64,000 nt of DNA. It comes from a virus. The translations under genes and the position numbers were made by a program. Under the pieces are notes generated by a model. That model did not search any database. It was not told the DNA's origin and was given only the letters and a program-made list of their open reading frames with translations. Of the stretch, positions 57,787 through 64,000 are shown in pieces; position 1 is the first letter of the stretch, and each line of letters begins with the position of its first letter. The stretch is taken from the IMG/VR virus record IMGVR_UViG_3300008050_000036, positions 1 through 64,000 of that record; one strand, written 5' to 3'.

Positions 57787-58686
57787 CTACTGTTGTGTTG
57801 CTGCTAACATTTGTTGTGTTGCATCAACCGGAACCACGCCTGACATTTTTTGTTGTTGTTGCATCTGTTCCATTTGTAAAGCCCTCAAATCAAAAGTGAT
57901 TGTCACTAAATCAGCCACCCCTGATACGGGGTTCGGGTGTTGCGTGAGGGTCACACCCTTTGAGTATTGTGCGTCTTGTTGCACCATTTTGAAAAATTGT
58001 TCATATTTCGCTAAAGACTCAGGGGTTGAACGATTGCGTTTTTGACTTTTTATCATTCCGGGTATTTTCAAAAAGCGTGTTCCTTTAGATACGGGGCGGC
58101 TAAATCCTTCAGAAGCCAATTCCTGTTCTTCTATAACTACGCGTAAAGTGTGGTAAATGTGTAAATGTGCCGGACAAAGTGTGCTATTCATTTCATCCCC
58201 AAAATCCCCATGTGTGCGGGCGTGTGGTTTTTTGGCGTTCCCTGTTTCTGCATCAAACCAGTATATATCGCTTAAAGATAAGCCAGTGCGTTCATCACTA
58301 ATATGAGAGTAAGCATTGTCGCCTTCTAAAAATCGGCGCACATCAACGCCACAACACGCACATTCATGGGCGGCATTGTAGCGATATACTTTGAAAAAGC
58401 CCAAATTGAGGTTAGGTGGCCGTAAAACCTTTCTTAGAATCTTTATATTCTTTCTTCGGGCTTTAGCAGGGTTTTTGATGTTGGTTTTTAACTTAACTTC
58501 AACAGTGGGTATCATTTCTTCTTCCCCACTTACAATTCCCGTTGAGCCAGCCGAAGCCATTTCTGCCCTTTGTTGAGCCTTTAGCAATTCGTAGGCCACT
58601 CCTGTTTGTGTGGCTAAGACACGTAATTCATCATCGGTAGCACCCCGTAAGGATATGGCCCCGCCGCCCAAAAAATTAGGTATCAT
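57787..58686 (-). CDS. Hypothetical Zn-binding protein
   Basis: HECACCG..LCPAH; Gln-rich C-terminus; GGGGAGAGG RBS. Confidence 0.75.
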   Translation of the reverse strand: MIPNFLGGGAISLRGATDDELRVLATQTGVAYELLKAQQRAEMASAGSTGIVSGEEEMIPTVEVKLKTNIKNPAKARRKNIKILRKVLRPPNLNLGFFKVYRYNAAHECACCGVDVRRFLEGDNAYSHISDERTGLSLSDIYWFDAETGNAKKPHARTHGDFGDEMNSTLCPAHLHIYHTLRVVIEEQELASEGFSRPVSKGTRFLKIPGMIKSQKRNRSTPESLAKYEQFFKMVQQDAQYSKGVTLTQHPNPVSGVADLVTITFDLRALQMEQMQQQQKMSGVVPVDATQQMLAATQQ

Positions 58687-58737
58687 GTCCTCTCCCCTAT
58701 AATCCTGTCAAGGCTAACACTATGAAAAGACTTGCGG

Positions 58738-59463
58738 TTAAATCTTATCTATTGTATCTATTATTGCCCGTTCCACATTCAAACCATATTGGGCTGCAAT
58801 AGCCTCAACATTGGTTGGTATGGCTGCCCTTCGTAGTCGCCGTAATTCATTTTGAAAGGGCAAAACCATTTTGTGTTGGCGTTTTAGCCCTAAATCCCAC
58901 ATATGTTGGGCTTCATTATCCCACCACAAATCCATTTTATTGATTAACAGACATACTACCTTTGGTTTGTATTTTTTGGCCTTACGGCGCATTTTACGAC
59001 TAAACGTGCTTGGGTATTTTTTACCCACTATAATATCCACCAAATACTGAAAACCGGCTACCATTTCAGCCGCCACATAGGGAGATTGTAATATGCGTTC
59101 ATCAATCACATAAAATATAACTTGGCGGTCTTGGTCTATTATATCTTCGGCCCACATGTTCCAGTATTGGGTTTGACCCCCAATATCTGTTGAAGTAATA
59201 GGGATTCGCTCACCCTTCCACCGTATTTGTTTTTTAGAACCATGAGGCATTTTGAAAGCCCCATGCTTTACTGGGTGGCTGGTTCGCAATTGAAGGGGTA
59301 TTGGGTCAATATCACCCGGAACAGTCATATATTGGTCTAAAGTAGTCTTACCTGCAAGACTTGAACCATAAATACCAACTCTATACGGGCGCAATATCCT
59401 ATAAATCAAATTGGCTACTTGGGCCGTTCCCATTAGTATATGACCCGCGAATAACCATGACAT
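58738..59463 (-). CDS. Arf/Ras-superfamily-like small GTPase
   Basis: G1 GSSLAGKTT, G3 DIGGQ followed by TQYWNMW, beta4 VIFYVID, G4 LINKMD and G5-like IAAQYGLNV. About 25-aa amphipathic N-terminal extension. Confidence 0.88.
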   Translation of the reverse strand: MSWLFAGHILMGTAQVANLIYRILRPYRVGIYGSSLAGKTTLDQYMTVPGDIDPIPLQLRTSHPVKHGAFKMPHGSKKQIRWKGERIPITSTDIGGQTQYWNMWAEDIIDQDRQVIFYVIDERILQSPYVAAEMVAGFQYLVDIIVGKKYPSTFSRKMRRKAKKYKPKVVCLLINKMDLWWDNEAQHMWDLGLKRQHKMVLPFQNELRRLRRAAIPTNVEAIAAQYGLNVERAIIDTIDKI

Positions 59464-59469
59464 TCAATT

Positions 59470-59691
59470 TCACTTCCCCCTTAGCCAAGTCCATATACTT
59501 GTAGGGCTTATATCTAACCATAAATCCAATCCTAACTGAATAAAAAATGAAAGGCTAACACCACCCACAAACGCCAATACCACTTTAAGCGACCAAGCCG
59601 CCCTCTCCATGCGTCTATCATACGCATTTTCAGCAAGTATAGCCGACATTGCTTCTGCTTGCCTTTCCTGAGCAGTATTAAACGGCCACAC
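59470..59691 (-). CDS. Small membrane protein
   Basis: GTG start after AAGGTGG; hydrophobic VVLAFVGGVSLSFFIQLGL. Confidence 0.7.
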   Translation of the reverse strand: MWPFNTAQERQAEAMSAILAENAYDRRMERAAWSLKVVLAFVGGVSLSFFIQLGLDLWLDISPTSIWTWLRGK

Positions 59692-59703
59692 GATAAAGCC
59701 ACC

Positions 59704-60183
59704 TTAAACCTGTATAAGAGGGATTTCTTCATTAGGGGCTTCGGGTGAATCATCTTGAAAGGATGGTTGGGTTATAGGTAGGCCGAAAGTCTGCCCGTTG
59801 CCTGTCATTGGTTGTTGTTGATAATACTTCATTTGGCCCATTTGACTTTTGCGGGCGCGGCGTTCTTGGAGGCGTTCTTGGCCTCTTTGCCACTTATCGA
59901 AGCGGGCTTCTTGAGAGAACTCGGCTCGCATAGCCAAAGAATCACGAATACCTCCTACATGAAATAGCACCATAGCCACGCATAAGAAACCAAAAGTCAC
60001 TAATCCGTATTGTAATCCCATTTCGGCGGCACTTGCAGAAGGCAAATACCAATTCATATGTGATACCGATACCGCCACACCAGTTAAAAGTGATTGCCAA
60101 AGCAGCATAGCAATTAAGTTAATATCAATTCTGTTTTCATCCATTTTGGGGTAGGTCATTTGTCTTTGTGGTGCTTGCATCAT
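59704..60183 (-). CDS. Two-helix membrane protein with coiled-coil/Gln-rich tail
   Basis: LIAMLLWQSLLTGVAV and YGLVTFGFLCVAMVLF; GGAGG RBS. Confidence 0.75.
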   Translation of the reverse strand: MMQAPQRQMTYPKMDENRIDINLIAMLLWQSLLTGVAVSVSHMNWYLPSASAAEMGLQYGLVTFGFLCVAMVLFHVGGIRDSLAMRAEFSQEARFDKWQRGQERLQERRARKSQMGQMKYYQQQPMTGNGQTFGLPITQPSFQDDSPEAPNEEIPLIQV

Positions 60184-60185
60184 GT

Positions 60186-60320
60186 TTAATCCTCCGGTTG
60201 GTTATTAAAATACTCTTTTAGGACATGAGATACAAAAGAAGATTTGCTCTCACGACCCCTTGCGGCTTCTAATTTGGCGAAAATATCATCGGACACAATC
60301 ACCGATACATGGCGGCTCAT
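60186..60320 (-). CDS. Ribbon-helix-helix (CopG/Arc-like) regulator (44 aa, not in ORF track)
   Basis: MSRHVSVIVSDDIFAKLEAARGRESKSSFVSHVLKEYFNNQPED has an alternating beta strand, helix A, G-x-x-SKS turn and helix B. Confidence 0.75.
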   Translation of the reverse strand: MSRHVSVIVSDDIFAKLEAARGRESKSSFVSHVLKEYFNNQPED

Positions 60321-60388
60321 GGTAAATTGGGAGGGTTGTCAGCCTTATGAGGGTTATGATTATTTATGGTGTTATAGTGCGACTTTAC

Positions 60389-60913
60389 ATGGCGGGTCCT
60401 AATCTCACCGAAGCGGTAATGGCTATGCGCTCGTTTCATGCAGCAAAAAACGCTTCACCCGCTAACCCTAATTTGGTGTCGTCATGGGTTCAGCGTCAAA
60501 CAAATGCTGACATTGCACCTAATTTCTCACACAATGCCGCTATTGCACTACTACACTACTACCAGCACCCACTATATGGTAATTCCAGTAATTTACCATC
60601 AACGGCTCAAGGGTGGCTACCTTTAATGCAACCCGCCGAAAACATACTATCTAATGAAGAATCGTGGATAGATACCCAAATTACGGCTAATATCAATACA
60701 ATGCTAACCCGTATTTTCACTACTGATGATATGTGGCTTCACCAATGGGGTGCAATAAACAACTTCCCGCCTGATACTCCTTTGGCTTTCATAATCAATT
60801 TTTTAATTAACCGCTTGATGAATTGTGAGGGTGCTAATGGGCCAAGTGGTGCAGGGGGAATATCTTTCACCGAACATATATTACCATCAGGTGATGATAA
60901 CTCCCTACCTTAA
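60389..60913 (+). CDS. Hypothetical protein (lone + strand gene)
   Basis: ATG 60389 preceded by a TTATTTAT TATA-like box about 25-30 nt upstream. Confidence 0.6.
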   Translation: MAGPNLTEAVMAMRSFHAAKNASPANPNLVSSWVQRQTNADIAPNFSHNAAIALLHYYQHPLYGNSSNLPSTAQGWLPLMQPAENILSNEESWIDTQITANINTMLTRIFTTDDMWLHQWGAINNFPPDTPLAFIINFLINRLMNCEGANGPSGAGGISFTEHILPSGDDNSLP

Positions 60914-62118
60914 AATCCTTCATCAACCTTTCGTGGTTGTAATGATTTGGCTCTATTTACGATAGAAACAGATGGATTTATTTGAGGTCCAGTGTAAAAG
61001 GCATTACCTTGAGGGTCATATCTCAATTGCCCACCCCCCCTTAACTCCATTGTAGCACCTTTCTTTGAACCAATATGAGGGAAAAAGGAACTCATATTAC
61101 TTTTGCGTTGCTTTTTCCCTTCAAAACAAGAGGGACAGTTATTTTCTTCACAACTATCATCTTTCACCGAAGGGTCTGATGCAGGACAAGCAAATATGTT
61201 AGGCCCCGCTGCCCCAACACCAGTAGCAGATATTTGGGGGTGTTCTTCAACCATCTCACGGAGATAGCGGGGTATAGTAGGCAAACCTAATGTTCGGTTC
61301 ATATCATCATCCATACTTTGCCCAATCCACGGCAAACTTGCACTAACTTCCATATTTTCGGGTATTGCATCATCCCATCCTCTTGCATCAACCACATTTC
61401 TTAATGCCCTATGTTCAGCAGTAGGCATCCATGATTGTGTTTTTAGTGGGTGTTCGTTAAGAATGTTGCGGGCTATATCAAAATCCATAGCAATATGTTC
61501 TTCCCCTTGTTTTTCTCCCGCATCACTATGTCTAAAATAAGGCGTTCCGTAATCCCATGTTTTGTGAGGTAATGTAGAGGCCATAGCAGAAGCATACTTT
61601 AATTGTTCTTCATGTCCTTCATTCATCAATAACGCTACGGCGTTGCGCCATAAGGCTTTATTTTTTGAATTATACTTAAAATTAGGAGTGTTGTCATTAT
61701 AACATATATTACAAGTAGCACCTTTTTTGTCCCTATAACAACCACCCATATTACATAAAGCGTTAGGTAGGCCGTGTGTTGCACCATACATTTTATCCGT
61801 AAATCCATATCCTCCCGTTTTGGCGTTTAATCCTGTCATTATGTTAGCCGACATTCTGTTCTTAGGGCCTGAAGGCCATTTCGGGATTTGGGTTATTTCT
61901 TCGACAGGCCAATGAACTTGTAAGTCTTTTAGCCAATCATCAATTTCCTCCTTACCTTCATTTGTTTTAGTCCAATTTTTAATTTGGCCCCCTGCCCCTA
62001 CTTTTGTTGTGCCTCCTAAAGCCACGGGGTCCCACCAACCCACTTTCCCCGGTTGCCCTAATGGATAATCAAGCCCTTTAACAAGAGCCTTAGCAAGAAT
62101 CTCTACACCCAAAAACAT
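60910..62118 (-). CDS. GP88-like Cys-rich (Fe-S-type) protein
   Basis: GLPNALC..CNICY, YFRHSDAGE, WMPTAE, IPENM and CPA..C..C..C match the gene-product-88 pattern as recalled. Confidence 0.7.
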   Translation of the reverse strand: MFLGVEILAKALVKGLDYPLGQPGKVGWWDPVALGGTTKVGAGGQIKNWTKTNEGKEEIDDWLKDLQVHWPVEEITQIPKWPSGPKNRMSANIMTGLNAKTGGYGFTDKMYGATHGLPNALCNMGGCYRDKKGATCNICYNDNTPNFKYNSKNKALWRNAVALLMNEGHEEQLKYASAMASTLPHKTWDYGTPYFRHSDAGEKQGEEHIAMDFDIARNILNEHPLKTQSWMPTAEHRALRNVVDARGWDDAIPENMEVSASLPWIGQSMDDDMNRTLGLPTIPRYLREMVEEHPQISATGVGAAGPNIFACPASDPSVKDDSCEENNCPSCFEGKKQRKSNMSSFFPHIGSKKGATMELRGGGQLRYDPQGNAFYTGPQINPSVSIVNRAKSLQPRKVDEGF

Positions 62119-62125
62119 AATTATT

Positions 62126-63760
62126 TCACCTGTTCCTGTTAAAATGCCCTAAAACGGCATCAGCCATTGCCCTTGCTACTAAGGGATTAACGGCATTTCC
62201 TATTCCTCGTTGTGATTGCGCTGCGGTTGTATCGCCTAACTTATAATTCATCGGGAAGTTCCCCAAAGCCAAAACATCTTTTTGACTCAATGGCCCTACT
62301 CCTAAATGTCCGGGTATATTACTACTGGTTAATGACGACATATGGGTATCTATTGGTTTAGTGCCATGCCATGAATACCCCTTCTTTTCAGAAGTCCACG
62401 GCGAGGGTGTATGCCCGCCACCCCTACCGGGAAATGGTGTGCCATGATGTGTTATATGAGGTTCTGTTAATAATTTTGTGGCAATTTTTGGGTCAATTAC
62501 TCCATTAGCGAGCAAACCTAAAATATAATCAGATTTACTTTCAAAATTATCGTGTTCTTCTTCCTCCATATGGGGCAAAAAGTCTTTTACTGTGTTCCAA
62601 TTTGACCTAAACTTTTGTCCGGGTGCTTCATCAAATGGTCTTTCAATGTCAATAAGTTGGTCTAATCCATAAAATCTATTACGTTGTTGTGCGCTGCCAA
62701 AATCAGCAGCATAAGTAGGCTTGCTTCTTTCTACCATCCGTTTAACCCATGCGGGAGGTTGCTTCCATTTTTGCCGACCTGATGCTAAAATGGGTTCTTT
62801 GATATTGGGGGTTTGTTCAAAGGCTGATACAAATTGGTTTTTACCTAATTTACGGCGGAGTTCATTCGCAAGGTCAAAGGTATAATTCTGTAATAACATG
62901 GTTTGAGCATGGTCTTTTTCTCCCGGCCTTGCATTACTACTATTGATACATGGTGCTGATTGAGATAAAAATACTGGCCTACCGTCTGCATGGTCTATCA
63001 TGCGCCCTGCCAATTCTTTATGTCCTAATTCGCCCTCTCCCTCGCCCAATGTCGCTTCAATTAACTCATGGTCGGGAAAATTGGCTCTAAATCGTTCTGC
63101 GGCGATTGGGTCATTTTCAACACCAATGCCCGGTTCTAAGCCACTCATCTCTAATCCAACATCAGTGCCACCCCACCCTGAAAATGTAGTATTGCCTACT
63201 ACATTATGGGGGTTTTTTTGTTTTTTGGGGCGGTTCATAAGGTTATGATAAGCAGAATATATTTCAGGGTCTAAATAATCTCGCCCCTTGAGTAAAGTGT
63301 CCCATGCTATTTCAAACGCATCTTCTGAGGCATAAAAGCCCATTTCACGTGCTTCTTTACCCTCCAATCCGGCAAACTTGCATTTATCCCATTGGTCCAA
63401 TACTTGGCGAGCATAAAAATGAAACTCCGTTGGTGGTAATTCAGGCTTACGGCTTGTGACATTATTTTGATAGAACGGGCCGGGTATATCACCTGCAAAA
63501 TCACGCAAAGCCGCTTCCAATTCTTCACAACTCATTGCATCATAGCCTTCTATAATTTTTGATTCATAGCCACGGGGTTGAATATCTGATTGCGCCAAGA
63601 GATTATACCACATTTCCCTTGCTTTACCACAACATGGGTCATTCCCCATGTCTATCTGCTCAAAATCAGGGATAGTATCTTCATCGGGTAATAGAATATC
63701 ATTAACCCGTTCCCGCAAATTACGTGGTTCAATGGCGGAAGCCTCTAAATCACCTACCAT
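62126..63760 (-). CDS. Divergent C5-cytosine methyltransferase-like protein with N-terminal extension and tag
   Basis: FSGWGG, GVEND, SAPC, FEQT, AADFGSAQQRNRFY and GIGNAVNP, preceded by SEDAFEIAWDTLLKG. Confidence 0.8.
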   Translation of the reverse strand: MVGDLEASAIEPRNLRERVNDILLPDEDTIPDFEQIDMGNDPCCGKAREMWYNLLAQSDIQPRGYESKIIEGYDAMSCEELEAALRDFAGDIPGPFYQNNVTSRKPELPPTEFHFYARQVLDQWDKCKFAGLEGKEAREMGFYASEDAFEIAWDTLLKGRDYLDPEIYSAYHNLMNRPKKQKNPHNVVGNTTFSGWGGTDVGLEMSGLEPGIGVENDPIAAERFRANFPDHELIEATLGEGEGELGHKELAGRMIDHADGRPVFLSQSAPCINSSNARPGEKDHAQTMLLQNYTFDLANELRRKLGKNQFVSAFEQTPNIKEPILASGRQKWKQPPAWVKRMVERSKPTYAADFGSAQQRNRFYGLDQLIDIERPFDEAPGQKFRSNWNTVKDFLPHMEEEEHDNFESKSDYILGLLANGVIDPKIATKLLTEPHITHHGTPFPGRGGGHTPSPWTSEKKGYSWHGTKPIDTHMSSLTSSNIPGHLGVGPLSQKDVLALGNFPMNYKLGDTTAAQSQRGIGNAVNPLVARAMADAVLGHFNRNR

Positions 63761-64000
63761 ATAATCAATCCCTAAAGGTTTGCTTTCAAAAACATTTAGG
63801 TTATTTTAACCAAAAACAATAGTATTGGACCCATAATGTTCAATCCTCAAAGGGTATGTTAGGGTTGTCAGCCATGCAAGCATTGATAGGCTATGCCGTT
63901 TTGCCCCCATCCATGATGAACGGACCCAATGGACCCATTTTTATTTTGAAGGAAGGAACAGAAAGGAGTCAAGGCAGGAATGCTCAATTGAATAACATAG

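Noticed and set aside
9558-58576. Numerous 60-160 aa + strand ORFs in the track
   Set aside because: They are antisense shadows of long minus-strand genes, with no RBS or recognisable motifs.
60332-63873. Identical 13-mer AGGGTTGTCAGCC at 60332 and 63861
   Set aside because: Tens of chance 13-mer pairs are expected in 64 kb, so it is not significant alone. It is worth rechecking only if the RHH operator is confirmed.
63761-64000. Gene at the right edge
   Set aside because: Open frames exist on both strands, but none has a convincing start or motif within the window.
1-64000. tRNA, rRNA, integrase or IS elements
   Set aside because: None recognised by eye and intergenic gaps are mostly under 80 bp. 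tRNAscan-SE would be needed to exclude tRNAs formally.

Overview
The window is a 64 kb segment of a tailed dsDNA archaeal virus. It is most consistent with a magrovirus-like virus of Marine Group II/Poseidoniales, inferred from the fused PriS-PriL primase, ERCC4 nuclease, MCM-like ATPase, GGTGA/GGAGG ribosome-binding sites and a halovirus/magrovirus-type HK97 capsid. Bases 1-6.9 kb (+ strand) hold the end of a DNA modification/replication module. Bases 6.9-56.6 kb (- strand) are a near-complete siphovirus-like morphogenesis module: putative TerS, many low-complexity putative head proteins, TerL, portal, protease-scaffold, major capsid protein, adaptor, tail tube, frameshifted tail chaperone, tape measure and giant LamG tail proteins. 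Bases 56.6-60.3 kb (-) are an unexplained cluster: an RHH regulator, membrane proteins, an Arf-like small GTPase and Gln-rich proteins. Bases 60.9-63.8 kb (-) encode a GP88-like protein and a divergent C5 methyltransferase. Two candidate novel systems stand out. (1) An Arf-like GTPase/membrane module that may drive membrane remodelling or egress. (2) A shared peptide tag, AFxx[AG]Wxxx(x)K, on at least seven otherwise unrelated proteins, which looks like a capsid-targeting/protease-release signal. All assignments come from motif reading by eye; no searches were run.
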